A stretch of 64,000 bases of DNA from Methylococcaceae bacterium (GTDB lineage: Bacteria > Patescibacteriota > Microgenomatia > UBA1400 > PJMF01), in NCBI GenBank assembly GCA_044370175.1, contig JBILVZ010000001.1, forward strand, positions 43,579-107,578, in the 5' to 3' direction. Both the position numbers and the translations under genes were made by a program. The notes beneath the pieces are model-generated. The model searched no databases. It was not told the origin of the DNA and saw only the letters and a list, made by a program, of their open reading frames with translations. Position 1 is the first letter of the stretch. The number at the start of each line of letters is the position of its first letter. This document shows positions 20,044 to 30,947 of the stretch, in pieces.

Positions 20044-21222
20044 TCAATATTTGATTGTAAGATTCTCTAGCATCGTTTTGAATGACTGAACTTTGTCTGA
20101 TATATCTTTTTCAGTGATAGTATCTGCTGTATATTCACTATTAATTGAAAGATGGAGTTGCACAGATCTATTCCCTTTTTTTACCTCTGCTCTTCCTATT
20201 TCAATAGCACCTTCTGATGGTGTGAACTTACTAACTGCAAGAGATAATAAATATCCGGTATTTGATTTTTGCTGAATATATTTATTGATATACAGTGACT
20301 TAAATTCAGAATTTGAAAAACCTAATCCGACCCCATAGTCGTCACTACACGTAGTGTTATTTAGCATTAATTGGAACTTTCCATCATCAGATACAAAAGC
20401 GTTATTTCCCATACTGTCAGAAGAACTAAATGCAAATTCATCGGGTATATTTAATGCAAACCACTCTGTTACAAATGCATCTGGTTGTTTCTCAATTAAT
20501 GTATAAAACGTACTTTCAGTTGTATTTGCTGGACAGTTAGTAATATTGGTGTAATTTTGACAAACATACGATGGAATTATTTCAGGTTTTTCACATTGCC
20601 ATGCAGGTTTTGCAGTATAGCCTGATTCACTCCACTCAAAATCAGTCAGTTTCATTTTTGCAGAACGATTAGATCCATCAAGTTTGAAGATCTCATATAT
20701 AAACCCACTTGCGGTCGCTTCACCGATCAGGATGTGTGTTTCATCTGGACTCAGTGAAAGTGGGTAAGCGTAGTTTTCGACACTAGTATAGAGTGTTGTA
20801 ACTACTTTTGATTTTCTATCAATAACCATGATGCGTGTTTTTTCATTGGGTGCAGCAGACTTAAGAGCAAGCACAATGTAGTTATTTCCAATGACACCAC
20901 CATTCAATACAGAAAAACTCTCTGATTCTACAGAATCATATTCCAGTAACACTTCTTTGGTTGCTATGTCTTGTGGAGTAACAGTTGCTGATACAACACT
21001 TGGAATACTAGCAGGATTTTCTGGGTACTTGTTCAGTTCTAAAACTGTAGGTGTCTGTATCCACCCACAACTATTCTCATTCCAACAGATACGAGTGCTA
21101 GCATCTCTAGTTGTAACAAGTGAAAGTACAGTTATATGTTTTGCTGAATAGAAAAATTTAACTAAAAAAATAACACTGATTACTAATAAAATTAATAGTA
21201 ATGATTTGTTTTTAAGAATCAT
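20044..21222 (-). CDS. Membrane-anchored/secreted hypothetical protein
   Basis: N-terminal hydrophobic helix after KNK; beta-rich body (SLSPDETHILI); AT-rich. Confidence 0.7.
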   Translation of the reverse strand: MILKNKSLLLILLVISVIFLVKFFYSAKHITVLSLVTTRDASTRICWNENSCGWIQTPTVLELNKYPENPASIPSVVSATVTPQDIATKEVLLEYDSVESESFSVLNGGVIGNNYIVLALKSAAPNEKTRIMVIDRKSKVVTTLYTSVENYAYPLSLSPDETHILIGEATASGFIYEIFKLDGSNRSAKMKLTDFEWSESGYTAKPAWQCEKPEIIPSYVCQNYTNITNCPANTTESTFYTLIEKQPDAFVTEWFALNIPDEFAFSSSDSMGNNAFVSDDGKFQLMLNNTTCSDDYGVGLGFSNSEFKSLYINKYIQQKSNTGYLLSLAVSKFTPSEGAIEIGRAEVKKGNRSVQLHLSINSEYTADTITEKDISDKVQSFKTMLENLTIKY

Positions 21223-21266
21223 GATGACTACAAGTCTAGCATGCATGCAGGTAGTTATGGAAATAT

Positions 21267-22745
21267 CTAATCAGCAATTGTGTAAGCCACGATAATGTCG
21301 CCGACATGGAAGTCAAGTTTGCGGTTTTTGAAGGTAAATCCAGCTTCGTTTTTAGCTTTCACTTCTTCGATTTCTTGTTTGCCGTGCATCATGTTTTTGA
21401 TAACAGGATTCATTACAATTTCTTCACCACGCTTGAGGTGCAGTAGGTCATGTTTGCGGATCGTACCAGTCTTCACTCGTACCCCAGCAATTCTCTCACC
21501 TCTCATATCAAATATCTGCATGATCTCTGCTTCACCAGTGATCACCTCATCGATTGTGCTATCAATCAGTTTAAGCATCTGCTTTTGCAGATCTTCAATC
21601 AGATGATAGATAACATCATATTGTTTAATACGTACACCTTCATTTTTGGCATTTTGTTTAATACCGTTGGAAACTTTGATATGAAACGCAATAATCAGTG
21701 CTTCAGTCGCTTTTGCTAGCTCAATATCACCATCAGTGACTTGACCAAGCCCACTACCCACCAACTCCACATTGTCCAAGTCGAGCGTTTGGGTAATTGC
21801 CTCGAGAGTACCTGAAACGTCTGCTTTTATCAGTAGTTTCAGTTTTTGTTTACCACCTAGCAGAACATCAAAGTCAAAACCAGCCGCAACGAGGTCAATC
21901 CCCGCCACTGGATCGGTTTCCTGCGCTGCATCTGGAGCTACTACATCAGCTGAGTAATCAGCAGCTGCATCTCGCACCACTTCACCCACCTCAGCAACGT
22001 TCTTAAAGCCAATTACTTCTACAGGTGAGCCAGGCGTAGCATTCTGAAGTTGAGCTCCCAGTTCGTTACTTAACAAACGAATCCGTCCCTCAGCTGTATC
22101 AGTATAAATATCTTGGCGAGGTTGTAGGGTACCTTGTTGGACAATCACGCTGGCAACACTACCACGACGGGGATCGAGTGAAGACTCGATCACTACTGCT
22201 TTAAGGGGTGCATCTGGATCAGCTTGATAATTGTGCAGTTCTGCAGTGAGCGCTAAAGTTTCCAGAAGCTGCTCTACACCTGCCCCAGTCTTGGCAGAAA
22301 GTTCGACCGCATCAATATCACCTCCAAAGCCTTGCACAGCAATTCCCTGTTCCACCAACTGTGACTTCACAAGCGTTGGATCTGCACCTGGCATATCCAT
22401 CTTATTAATGGCCACAACTACAGGTACATTTGCTTCATGGATATGGCGAATTGATTCTATCGTCTGTGGTTTAACACCATCATCAGCAGCAACAACCAGC
22501 ACGATAATGTCAGTCACTTGAGCACCCCGCTGGCGCATTTTGTTAAATGCAGCATGGCCTGGAGTATCAATAAACGTCAACTTATTACCTTGGTACTCTA
22601 CTTGATAGGCTCCAATATGCTGGGTAATACCACCTGCCTCACGTGCTGTCACTCGAGTTTTTCGAATATAATCGAGCAGAGAAGTCTTGCCATGATCGAC
22701 ATGACCCATAATTGTGATAACTGGTGGGCGTTTTTGTAAGGCCAT
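21267..22745 (-). CDS. infB: Translation initiation factor IF-2 lacking the N-terminal domain
   Basis: Starts at RPPVITIMGHVDHGKTSLLD; GGITQHIGAY, DTPGH, NKMD. Confidence 0.97.
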   Translation of the reverse strand: MALQKRPPVITIMGHVDHGKTSLLDYIRKTRVTAREAGGITQHIGAYQVEYQGNKLTFIDTPGHAAFNKMRQRGAQVTDIIVLVVAADDGVKPQTIESIRHIHEANVPVVVAINKMDMPGADPTLVKSQLVEQGIAVQGFGGDIDAVELSAKTGAGVEQLLETLALTAELHNYQADPDAPLKAVVIESSLDPRRGSVASVIVQQGTLQPRQDIYTDTAEGRIRLLSNELGAQLQNATPGSPVEVIGFKNVAEVGEVVRDAAADYSADVVAPDAAQETDPVAGIDLVAAGFDFDVLLGGKQKLKLLIKADVSGTLEAITQTLDLDNVELVGSGLGQVTDGDIELAKATEALIIAFHIKVSNGIKQNAKNEGVRIKQYDVIYHLIEDLQKQMLKLIDSTIDEVITGEAEIMQIFDMRGERIAGVRVKTGTIRKHDLLHLKRGEEIVMNPVIKNMMHGKQEIEEVKAKNEAGFTFKNRKLDFHVGDIIVAYTIAD

Positions 22746-22780
22746 AATTCTCGTATTTTTTAGTACACTACTTCTTATAT

Positions 22781-24073
22781 TTACTCTGTTGCTTGAGCTT
22801 GATCGTCACGCATCACGCGAGGTTTTCGCTTAAATTGTGGTTCATTTTCTTGTTCTGCCTCAAAAGCAGTTACTTTTTCAGTAAGCATTGTAACTTGATT
22901 AGCTGGCAAATCAAACTGCATCCACTTATCTTTAAACCGTGCTAGGTCCATCACGGTAGTAAGTTTGTGTTGGATGAGTTGCTCGCGCGTCTCTGGTGCT
23001 AAACCGGTGAACGTATCAATTTCATACTCTTCCATACCCGTTGCACTAGATTGCACCTCACCACCAGCGGACGTAACGGTGATCTTATAGCCACTCAGTT
23101 TGGCAGCCAAGCGGACGTTTTGCCCACCGCGACCAATCACCAGTGAAAGTTGATCGTCCGGAGCAGTAACAGTGGCTAATTTTGTAGCTATATCCAGATC
23201 AATTTTGAGGTTTTCGGCAGGAGCTAAAGCACCCTGGAGTAACACCTTTGGGTCTTCTGAAAACGGAATAATATCAAGGCGTTCATTGTTAAGTTCACGA
23301 ATAACTTCCTGAACACGCACGCCTCGTTGTCCTACACAAGAACCAACAGGATCAACACCTTCTTGCGTAGAGCGTACAGCCAACTTAGTCCGGACACCAG
23401 CTTCGCGAGATATGAGAGCAATCTCAACTGCGCCTGAGGCCACTTCTGGGACTTCACGTTCAAATAACTTAGATACAAGTTTTTTATCTGCACGAGACAC
23501 AATAACTGACTTGCCCTTATGGGTATCACGGATTTCTTTAATCAAAACAGTAATACGGTTGTTCATCTTATAAAACTCACCACGCATCTGCTCTTCAGGA
23601 GGCATGTACCCTTGACCACGTCCAATATCTAAAATAACGGTGCGACCATCCATGCGCAAAATTTGTGCAGTAACGATTTCGCCAAGTTTGTCTTGGTACT
23701 CACCAATGATTTGATCTTTTTCTGACTCACGAATTTTTTGTAAAATTACTTGCTTGGCAGTTTGGGCAGCAATCCGACCAAAGCCAGCTGGGGTAACGTC
23801 TTCTGATTTAGTAGCATCCCACTTGGTAACTTCCAGAGTTTCTTCATCTCTCTCTAGTGCAGGTGCTTTATAGATTTTTGACTCACCACTTGCTTCATCA
23901 AGCTCTGCATAATAATGCCACTCTTCAGCGAGTGGGCCATACTGTTTGCGGTATGCAGAAACTAATGCTTGTTTAATAGCTGTATAGATTGCTTCAACGG
24001 TAATTTTGCGCTCGTTGGCAATTTGATTAATTGCAGTAGCAAAATCTGTTCTGACTATCTTTGAGTCTTGCAT
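22781..24073 (-). CDS. nusA: Transcription elongation/termination factor NusA
   Basis: FGRIAAQTAKQVI, EVPEV, DPVGSCVG, IGRGGQNVRLA. Confidence 0.97.
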   Translation of the reverse strand: MQDSKIVRTDFATAINQIANERKITVEAIYTAIKQALVSAYRKQYGPLAEEWHYYAELDEASGESKIYKAPALERDEETLEVTKWDATKSEDVTPAGFGRIAAQTAKQVILQKIRESEKDQIIGEYQDKLGEIVTAQILRMDGRTVILDIGRGQGYMPPEEQMRGEFYKMNNRITVLIKEIRDTHKGKSVIVSRADKKLVSKLFEREVPEVASGAVEIALISREAGVRTKLAVRSTQEGVDPVGSCVGQRGVRVQEVIRELNNERLDIIPFSEDPKVLLQGALAPAENLKIDLDIATKLATVTAPDDQLSLVIGRGGQNVRLAAKLSGYKITVTSAGGEVQSSATGMEEYEIDTFTGLAPETREQLIQHKLTTVMDLARFKDKWMQFDLPANQVTMLTEKVTAFEAEQENEPQFKRKPRVMRDDQAQATE

Positions 24074-24106
24074 AGATACCTTTGTATGTATTTTGTGACT
24101 TATAAC

Positions 24107-24135
24107 AAAAAAGGGCAGATCTTCTCATCGCCCTT
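24107..24135 (-). terminator. Terminator hairpin inside the nusA 5' leader (rimP/ylxS-leader-like attenuator)
   Basis: AAGGGC-GAT-gagaag-ATC-t-GCCCTT-TTTT downstream of TATAAT (24153-24158) and upstream of the nusA ATG. Confidence 0.7.
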
Positions 24136-24190
24136 CCCTACTAACGGTTGTAATTATACAACGATTGTAGTAAAAATCCAACTCGAGTTT

Positions 24191-25297
24191 CTATGGGATT
24201 GCTTGGTCAGTATAGGTGACAGTGATACCTTCAAAAGTTTGTGCTCTGTACTGAGTATTGGTAATTTTTTCCAACCACATAACAGGGATTTTGCCCATTC
24301 CTCTTGGCAGATCTAGAACGTACTCAGGCATACAAATACTGGATAGTGAACCACGTAGTGCCTTAAAAATATTTTTACCTTCGGCGATAGAAATTCTAAA
24401 GTGTGAAGTACCGCGCGCCTGATCTAAGTGATGCAGGTAGTATGGCTTAATACCAAAGTCAACAAGCTGTCTAAAAAAAATTTTAAGTGTTGGAACGTCA
24501 TCATTTACATTTTTTAGCAGCACTGTTTGCGATACAACTAGTATGTTTTTTTGCAACATTTTATTGACAAGACACCTGACTTGGCTAGTTAATTCTGCAG
24601 GATGATTGGTATGGATAACCACAACTTTTTTTCCCCTAAATCGATCGAGAACAGCTAGCCACTCGTCTGTTATGCAAGAGGGATCAGCAACTGGAATACG
24701 AGTATGAAAACGCCAGCACTGAATGTGTCTAATGTCACTCAGTTGCCTTCTGATGTTATCTAAAAATGCTGGTGGAAATGTGCCTGGATCTCCACCAGAA
24801 AAGATTACTTCATGGATTTCTTTGTGCATTGTTAGATACTCTCTAATTGCAGCAAATTGTACAGGGCGCACCTTGCCTACTACCTCTCTCCTAAAGCAAA
24901 ACCGACAGTGTATTTTGCAGTGTGAAGTCAGGAGGAGTAGACAGCGATCAGGGTAGCGGTGAATCAAGCCAGGCACCACTTCTCGGTCTTGATCACCAAT
25001 GGGATCTGCCAGTTCGTATGCTGCTACATTTTTCTCAATTTCTCGAGGCATGGCCATTAATCGAAGTGGATCATGGGGATTTTTCCAATCAATGAGATCG
25101 GCGTAGTAGTAGGGAATACGCAGCGGAAAACCTCTAATGCCACTACTCTCTTCAGGAGAAAGCAGAGTGGCAGGATCAAGTTTCTTAGAAACAGTTGCAG
25201 AACATGCTGGCAAACCGTTGGCAGATGTTGCCTGCTCCACGTACCGTATGCTCAAATACCGTTTGAGTTCATCAAAAGACGAAATGTATGACTGCAT
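24191..25297 (-). CDS. KamA-family radical SAM protein (lysine 2,3-aminomutase/EpmB-like)
   Basis: HRYPDR, CKIHCRFCFRR, FSGGDP, QTVLLKNVND, PYYLHHLD, GKIP. Confidence 0.92.
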   Translation of the reverse strand: MQSYISSFDELKRYLSIRYVEQATSANGLPACSATVSKKLDPATLLSPEESSGIRGFPLRIPYYYADLIDWKNPHDPLRLMAMPREIEKNVAAYELADPIGDQDREVVPGLIHRYPDRCLLLLTSHCKIHCRFCFRREVVGKVRPVQFAAIREYLTMHKEIHEVIFSGGDPGTFPPAFLDNIRRQLSDIRHIQCWRFHTRIPVADPSCITDEWLAVLDRFRGKKVVVIHTNHPAELTSQVRCLVNKMLQKNILVVSQTVLLKNVNDDVPTLKIFFRQLVDFGIKPYYLHHLDQARGTSHFRISIAEGKNIFKALRGSLSSICMPEYVLDLPRGMGKIPVMWLEKITNTQYRAQTFEGITVTYTDQAIP

Positions 25298-25309
25298 AAA
25301 AATGGGACG

Positions 25310-26176
25310 CTATAAACCAGCGTCAGCAAGACCTTGCAGGATGCGCTTCTGTTCTCCTGTTAGTTTTTCAGGCACTTCGACAATTAAGCGTACATAGAGA
25401 TCGCCCTTGCCTGCAGCATTGACATATGGGACACCTTCACCACGCAACCGAACCAGCGTATGTGAGGCTGTACCTGGGCGCACCTTTAGTTTTAAGGTTT
25501 GATCAATTGTTTCTACCTCAGTAGTGCCCCCAAGTGTTGCTGCAGAAAAGGAAATTTTATGATCTAAAAATAAATCCTGATCTTGCCGTTTAAACCGCTC
25601 ATCTGGGGTAACATTGATTGTAATATCAAAGTCTTTAAAGCGGATACGTGTCCCATCGTTGGCACCTGCGGGTACCTTTATAGTATGTTTTTTATTGTCA
25701 ATCTTTACTTCTTTTGTAGTACCCTTGATAGAATCTAGGAAGCTAATAGTAAGTGAGTACCGTGGCCGACGCGCTGCCTGTGAAAAACCGCTAAATCCTC
25801 CACCAAAGAACTGTTCAAAAATTTCAAATGGGTCGCCAAAGTCTGCATCTTGTGCGCCACCACTTCCATAGGTTTTATAGGAATAGGTAAATGGGCCTTG
25901 ATTAAAACCTCCACCAAACGGATTGCCACCCATACCACTAGCTGCATCAAAGGCAGCATGTCCAAATTGGTCATACATTTGTTTTTTTTGGGGATCGGAA
26001 AGTACTTGGTAGGCTTCGTTAATTTCTTTAAATTTCTCTTCTGCTTCCGCCTTTTTGTCTTGATTGCGATCGGGGTGCCACTTGAGCGCCATCTTGCGAT
26101 AGGCAGCTTTCACCACGTCACTGGTAGCACCTTTTGCAACTCCTAAAATTTCGTAGTAATCTTGTTTTGTAGCCAT
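25310..26176 (-). CDS. dnaJ: DnaJ co-chaperone, type II (no zinc finger)
   Basis: [13 protein letters not shown] region, C-terminal domain; no CxxCxGxG repeats. Confidence 0.93.
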   Translation of the reverse strand: MATKQDYYEILGVAKGATSDVVKAAYRKMALKWHPDRNQDKKAEAEEKFKEINEAYQVLSDPQKKQMYDQFGHAAFDAASGMGGNPFGGGFNQGPFTYSYKTYGSGGAQDADFGDPFEIFEQFFGGGFSGFSQAARRPRYSLTISFLDSIKGTTKEVKIDNKKHTIKVPAGANDGTRIRFKDFDITINVTPDERFKRQDQDLFLDHKISFSAATLGGTTEVETIDQTLKLKVRPGTASHTLVRLRGEGVPYVNAAGKGDLYVRLIVEVPEKLTGEQKRILQGLADAGL

Positions 26177-26211
26177 AACGGACTGATTGTACCATTTCTG
26201 AGCATGGATGT

Positions 26212-26238
26212 TAAGCAATCAAACTAGCAGTTTGCTAA
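26212..26238 (-). promoter_or_regulatory. CIRCE-like operator upstream of dnaJ
   Basis: Minus strand TTAGCAAAC-N9-GATTGCTTA abutting TTAACA-N17-TACAAT. Confidence 0.6.
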
Positions 26239-26263
26239 ATTACTAACTGGATACTGCTGTATG

Positions 26264-28096
26264 TTATTCTTTACGAACCCGAGCAGAAACAGAGGCTTCT
26301 AGAATTTTTCTTATTTCTTCGGTTTGAGGTGATTTTTTTCCAAAAATCACATATGCTTTCTGTTTGTTTATATACTCTATCGTGTCTATAGCTTGATAAT
26401 TTGACGGGATGTAACATGCAGAATACCCAGAATTTTCAAAATACTTTAGAACAATGTACTGTGGATCAAACTGCAGTATCTTCTCTTGCAAGAGGTTATC
26501 TTGACATAAGTCAGAAGTTTGCACAAAGATTCGATTGCCGATTTGAAACTCCTTTGTTTTTAAGAAATATTTGGTGCCCTCTGTTTTTCTAATAGGCAGC
26601 TGTAAGAAATTTTGCCCTGCGAGAAAGTAGGGATAGATAAAAGTGTAGTCGTTGTCTCCTACTACCATTCGTTCTTCAGCAGATTGTCTGTTAATCCATT
26701 CTCCCAATGCATAGTCGGGGTATGATCTAAAGTAGGGTTTGTAATGAGGATTAATATAAAAATACTTAACAACAAAGGGTAGAAAATTTACACTCGAAAA
26801 CAAGGCAACTCCACCTAGTGCAAAGAGCAGTTGCTGAGATGCTTTCAGTCGATTAAACCATGCAAATTGCGCAATTAGCATAGAGAAAGCGATCGCAGCA
26901 ACCATTTGCCAAAACGGAGTCATTATAACCCCACGCTGGAAGTTGGGAAAGTCATCGATAGTTAGTGCCGTGGGGATAGCACTACACAACAAACAAAATA
27001 CTAAAAATAATAAAATCTTGTAATTACCAGGATCTTTTACATAGGCAAAAGGAGAGATGAGTAGTCCAATTGCCAACACAAAACCTAGATACTCAAGATA
27101 GGTAATAGGCGCTACATCAACTATCGTATATCGAGCAGGTGTATCAAGCTGGCCGAGCATGATTGTGGGTGAGAAAAAACTAACATACTGCAAGAAAAAC
27201 TGGTCGAAGTTTACCGAGACTTTGTTGTATATTGCTCGAGTGACAAGTGGTGGCAACTGTGCTAAACCGGATGTCGTAATGTCTTCAAAAATAGCTGCCT
27301 GTACTGACTGACTTTGAATAACTGTTGTTTCTTTGAACCGACCTTGCGCATATGGAGTCTGCAAAAATGTCAAAAAAGGAAAAATAAAATACGCCACTAA
27401 AACGCTCACAGAACCAATAATAACTCCCTTGCCAATACGATTATTTTGTAGGTAGGCAAATGCCAGCACACCAATACCAATTGGGATAATGAGTAATCGT
27501 GAAGTGAAGTATGTTAGATAACAAACAAGCGAAGTAATATACGCACCCGCAAATAATGTAAGCTGTGAAAACTGGAAACGCTGCTTGCCACTACTCCTAG
27601 CAGCAGAAGCAACTGCTTCGTAGAGAATAATGATAAAAACAAGCAGAAAGAACGTATCAATAATCACCGTTGAAGAAGCACGTGCCATACTAATATTCCA
27701 GGGAGAAAGTGCAAAGAGCAAACTAAAGATGAGTACTACAAGACTTTTTCGCGTCACTCGATAGAGAAAAAAAGCAGCTGCAAGGAGGGTGAGTAGTGAA
27801 AAAGTTACCGTAGTTAGGCGAAATGCCGCTGTATGTAAACCAAATAGAGAAATAAACGGCACCGCCCAGTACGAATGCGCCGCTGAGACGTGTTCTCCCC
27901 ACATATCAACCGTCAGTGGGAACTTTTCGTTGTATAGGTTTGTGCCTTGTTCAGCTAAAAGAAACGCATTGTATGCAAACCAGACTTCATCATGGTGCAA
28001 ACCTGAAGGAATATTTTGTAACTGCAACACTCGAACTAATAGGGCTACCCCGATGATGCATGAAAAAATAATTTTATACAAAGCAGTAATTTTCAT
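26264..28096 (-). CDS. GT-C fold glycosyltransferase (GT39/ArnT/PMT-like)
   Basis: LLVRVLQL...HHDEVWFAYNA, SPW, multiple TMs. Confidence 0.86.
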   Translation of the reverse strand: MKITALYKIIFSCIIGVALLVRVLQLQNIPSGLHHDEVWFAYNAFLLAEQGTNLYNEKFPLTVDMWGEHVSAAHSYWAVPFISLFGLHTAAFRLTTVTFSLLTLLAAAFFLYRVTRKSLVVLIFSLLFALSPWNISMARASSTVIIDTFFLLVFIIILYEAVASAARSSGKQRFQFSQLTLFAGAYITSLVCYLTYFTSRLLIIPIGIGVLAFAYLQNNRIGKGVIIGSVSVLVAYFIFPFLTFLQTPYAQGRFKETTVIQSQSVQAAIFEDITTSGLAQLPPLVTRAIYNKVSVNFDQFFLQYVSFFSPTIMLGQLDTPARYTIVDVAPITYLEYLGFVLAIGLLISPFAYVKDPGNYKILLFLVFCLLCSAIPTALTIDDFPNFQRGVIMTPFWQMVAAIAFSMLIAQFAWFNRLKASQQLLFALGGVALFSSVNFLPFVVKYFYINPHYKPYFRSYPDYALGEWINRQSAEERMVVGDNDYTFIYPYFLAGQNFLQLPIRKTEGTKYFLKTKEFQIGNRIFVQTSDLCQDNLLQEKILQFDPQYIVLKYFENSGYSACYIPSNYQAIDTIEYINKQKAYVIFGKKSPQTEEIRKILEASVSARVRKE

Positions 28097-28105
28097 AGAG
28101 CTTAT

Positions 28106-28789
28106 TTATGTAGAGAATCTCTCTCGGAAAATAGTATGCAGTGCTGAAAACCCATCTTTCCAACTAATTTTTTTACCCTCACTAAAGTCGCGACCAAAGT
28201 AACTAATGGGTACTTCATAAATTTTTATACCCTTTTTTAAAATTTTGCAGGTAATTTCAGGCTCAATCTCAAAGTTATTAGATTGCAGATCAAGCTCGCG
28301 TAAAAGTTTGGTGGGAAGCACCTTGTAACAAGTCTCCATGTCTGAGAGAGTGGTATTGTACAGAACATTAATCACAAAGTTAAGAAAATGATTGCCTACC
28401 ATGTGCCAAAAAAGTAAATTTAGGTGTGGCCCTAAGAAGCGAGATCCATACACTACCGAAACTTTTCCTTTAGTAATTGGCTCTAATAAAACAGAGATAT
28501 CTTCTGGGTCGTATTCCAGATCGGCATCCTGAATCAAAACATAATTGCCTGATACATTCTCTAAACCAAAACGAATAGCGCTTCCTTTACCACCATTTTC
28601 TTTATAAAAATACTTAATCTTTGCGTTTTTTATAGCGTTCACAACCTGCTGTGTTGCATCTTGTGAGCCATCATCTACTACAAGTACTTCAGTTACTGCT
28701 GGTACTTTGAGTAGTCTTCGTAGTGTAGTACCTACTGTTTTTTCTTCATTGTAAACTGGCATTATGACAGAAAGCTGCATCTGAGACAT
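28106..28789 (-). CDS. GT2 glycosyltransferase (polyprenol-phosphate sugar synthase, DPM1-like)
   Basis: PVYNEE, VDDGSQD, GKGSAIR, QDADLEYDP, DMETCYK. Confidence 0.93.
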   Translation of the reverse strand: MSQMQLSVIMPVYNEEKTVGTTLRRLLKVPAVTEVLVVDDGSQDATQQVVNAIKNAKIKYFYKENGGKGSAIRFGLENVSGNYVLIQDADLEYDPEDISVLLEPITKGKVSVVYGSRFLGPHLNLLFWHMVGNHFLNFVINVLYNTTLSDMETCYKVLPTKLLRELDLQSNNFEIEPEITCKILKKGIKIYEVPISYFGRDFSEGKKISWKDGFSALHTIFRERFST

Positions 28790-28842
28790 GTATATATCAT
28801 ACCAATTTTTTTATCCATTTGCAGGGGCAAGGTTATACAAAT

Positions 28843-28876
28843 AGGGGCACTGTGTGTTATGACACACAGTGCCCCT
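28843..28876. terminator. 15-bp perfect hairpin downstream of dnaK
   Basis: AGGGGCACTGTGTGT-tatg-ACACACAGTGCCCCT. Confidence 0.75.
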
Positions 28877-28911
28877 GTACTTTGCAAAGTATTCAGATAC
28901 TCTGAGAGCTT

Positions 28912-30858
28912 TTACTCTTTTACTACTTCACCTTCTTCAGCGCTTCCTTTGTCATCACTTTTTTTAGCATCTGATTTACTACCTTCAGCTGAGCTTGCAC
29001 TTCCTGCAGCTGGATCTGTTCCTGCTGCACTTGGTTGAGCACCACTCTTTTGCATTGCTTCACCAATTTTTTGTGCAGACTTAAACATCTCCTCAGTAGC
29101 TTTATCAAGATCTTCTTTGGTAGCACCGTCTTGTGCTGCCAGCTCTTTGAGTTTTTTTACATTCTCTTCGATCTCAGATTTATCTTTAGGATCGAGCTTG
29201 TCACCATAGTCCTTGAGCTGCTTTTCGATCTCAAAAGCAACACTGTTGGCATGATTGCGAGCCTCAATCAGCTCCCGTTTCTTTTTATCTTCATCTGCGT
29301 ATTTTTCAGCATCTGCTTTCATCTTTTCCACTTCCTCGTCAGAGAGATTGGTAGAATTTTGAATAGAAATTTTCTGCTCTTTGCCAGTGTTTTTTTCCTT
29401 TGCAGTAACGTGCAAAATACCATTTGAGTCGATATCAAACGTCACCTCTACTTGTGGCACTCCACGGGGAGCTGGAGGAATACCATCGAGCACAAAACGT
29501 CCTAAAGAACGATTGTCTGCCGCCATCTCACGTTCACCTTGGAGGACATTAATTTCCACTTGTGTTTGGTTGTCAGCAGCTGTTGAGAAGACCTGCGATT
29601 TACTGGTTGGAATAGTCGTGTTGCGCTCGATAAGGGCAGTTCGTACACCTCCCAGTGTTTCAAGTCCTAGTGTCAGTGGTGTGACATCAAGCAAGACTAC
29701 GTCTTTAACATCACCACCAATTACTCCTGCTTGTACAGCAGCACCTAGTGCCACTACTTCATCTGGATTTACCCCTTTATGTGGTTCTTTACCAAAGAAT
29801 TTTTTAACTTCTTCAATCACTTTGGGCATGCGCGTCATACCACCCACGAGCACTACATCAGCAATGTCTTTTGGTTGGAGTTTGGCATCTTTGAGTGCTT
29901 TTTGCACTGGCTCAAACGAGCGTTTGATCAAGCCATCAACTAGTTCTTCTAGTTTGGCACGAGTCAGACTCATTGTGAGATGGAGTGGTCCCTCATCACC
30001 TTGCGTGATAAACGGTTGGTTGATCTCCGATGTTTGTGCGCTGGAGAGCTCAATTTTTGCTTTTTCTGCAGCGTCTTTAATGCGTTGGAGCGCCTGAGGG
30101 TCTTTGGAGAGATCTTTGCCTGTTTCTTTCTTGAACTCCGCCAAGATCCACTCGATGATTGCATTATCAAAGTCATCACCACCTAAAAATGTATCTCCAT
30201 TGGTAGCTTTTACTTCAAAAACACCATCACCAATTTCTAAAATTGAGATATCAAAAGTACCACCTCCCAAGTCATAGACTGCGATGGTGCTGTTACCTTT
30301 TTTGTCTAAGCCATACGCTAAGGCTGCCGCAGTAGGTTCATTGACAATACGCTCGACTGTCAGACCAGCAATCTCACCAGCCTGTTTGGTTGCTTGGCGT
30401 TGTGAGTCATCAAAGTATGCTGGCACGGTGATCACTGCACGGGTGACGGTTCCCCCCAAGTAGCTCTCTGCATCTTGTTTAGCTTTAGTTAGAATCTGTG
30501 CAGAAATTTCCTGTGGAGTATATTTTTTACCATCAATATCTACCACAGCCATACCATCTTTGCCTTCAGCGACAGTATAGGCAACGTGTTTCACCGCTGC
30601 TTTAACTGCTTGATCAGCAAACTTACGTCCCATAAAACGCTTGACAGAGTTGACGGTTTTCTTTGGATTCAAGATCATTTGACGTTTAGCAGGATCACCA
30701 ACGATGATCTCTTCACCCTTAAAAGCAACAATTGATGGGTAGGTGTTGCGTCCTTCTCGTGTTGGAATAATTTTGGCGCTACCACCCTCCATAACCGCGA
30801 TCGCGGAGTTGGTGGTGCCAAGATCTATACCAATGATTTTTCCTGTTGCATCTGCCAT
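28912..30858 (-). CDS. dnaK: Chaperone DnaK (Hsp70)
   Basis: [35 protein letters not shown]. Confidence 0.99.
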   Translation of the reverse strand: MADATGKIIGIDLGTTNSAIAVMEGGSAKIIPTREGRNTYPSIVAFKGEEIIVGDPAKRQMILNPKKTVNSVKRFMGRKFADQAVKAAVKHVAYTVAEGKDGMAVVDIDGKKYTPQEISAQILTKAKQDAESYLGGTVTRAVITVPAYFDDSQRQATKQAGEIAGLTVERIVNEPTAAALAYGLDKKGNSTIAVYDLGGGTFDISILEIGDGVFEVKATNGDTFLGGDDFDNAIIEWILAEFKKETGKDLSKDPQALQRIKDAAEKAKIELSSAQTSEINQPFITQGDEGPLHLTMSLTRAKLEELVDGLIKRSFEPVQKALKDAKLQPKDIADVVLVGGMTRMPKVIEEVKKFFGKEPHKGVNPDEVVALGAAVQAGVIGGDVKDVVLLDVTPLTLGLETLGGVRTALIERNTTIPTSKSQVFSTAADNQTQVEINVLQGEREMAADNRSLGRFVLDGIPPAPRGVPQVEVTFDIDSNGILHVTAKEKNTGKEQKISIQNSTNLSDEEVEKMKADAEKYADEDKKKRELIEARNHANSVAFEIEKQLKDYGDKLDPKDKSEIEENVKKLKELAAQDGATKEDLDKATEEMFKSAQKIGEAMQKSGAQPSAAGTDPAAGSASSAEGSKSDAKKSDDKGSAEEGEVVKE

Positions 30859-30916
30859 AGTTCTCCTTTTATCTACTAATGATTTTTAAATTTCTAAGCT
30901 CTAAATATACACAAAC

Positions 30917-30943
30917 TTAGCAGTTAAGTCAATACACTGCTAG
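30917..30943 (-). promoter_or_regulatory. CIRCE-like operator over the dnaK -35
   Basis: Plus strand TTAGCAGTT-N9-CACTGCTAG overlapping TTGACT-N17-TATATT on the minus strand. Confidence 0.75.
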
Positions 30944-30947
30944 CAAC

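Noticed and set aside
29381-30097. Long antisense ORFs opposite dnaK, and similar ones opposite groEL and pnp
   Set aside because: Typical shadow frames of conserved, codon-biased genes; no start signals
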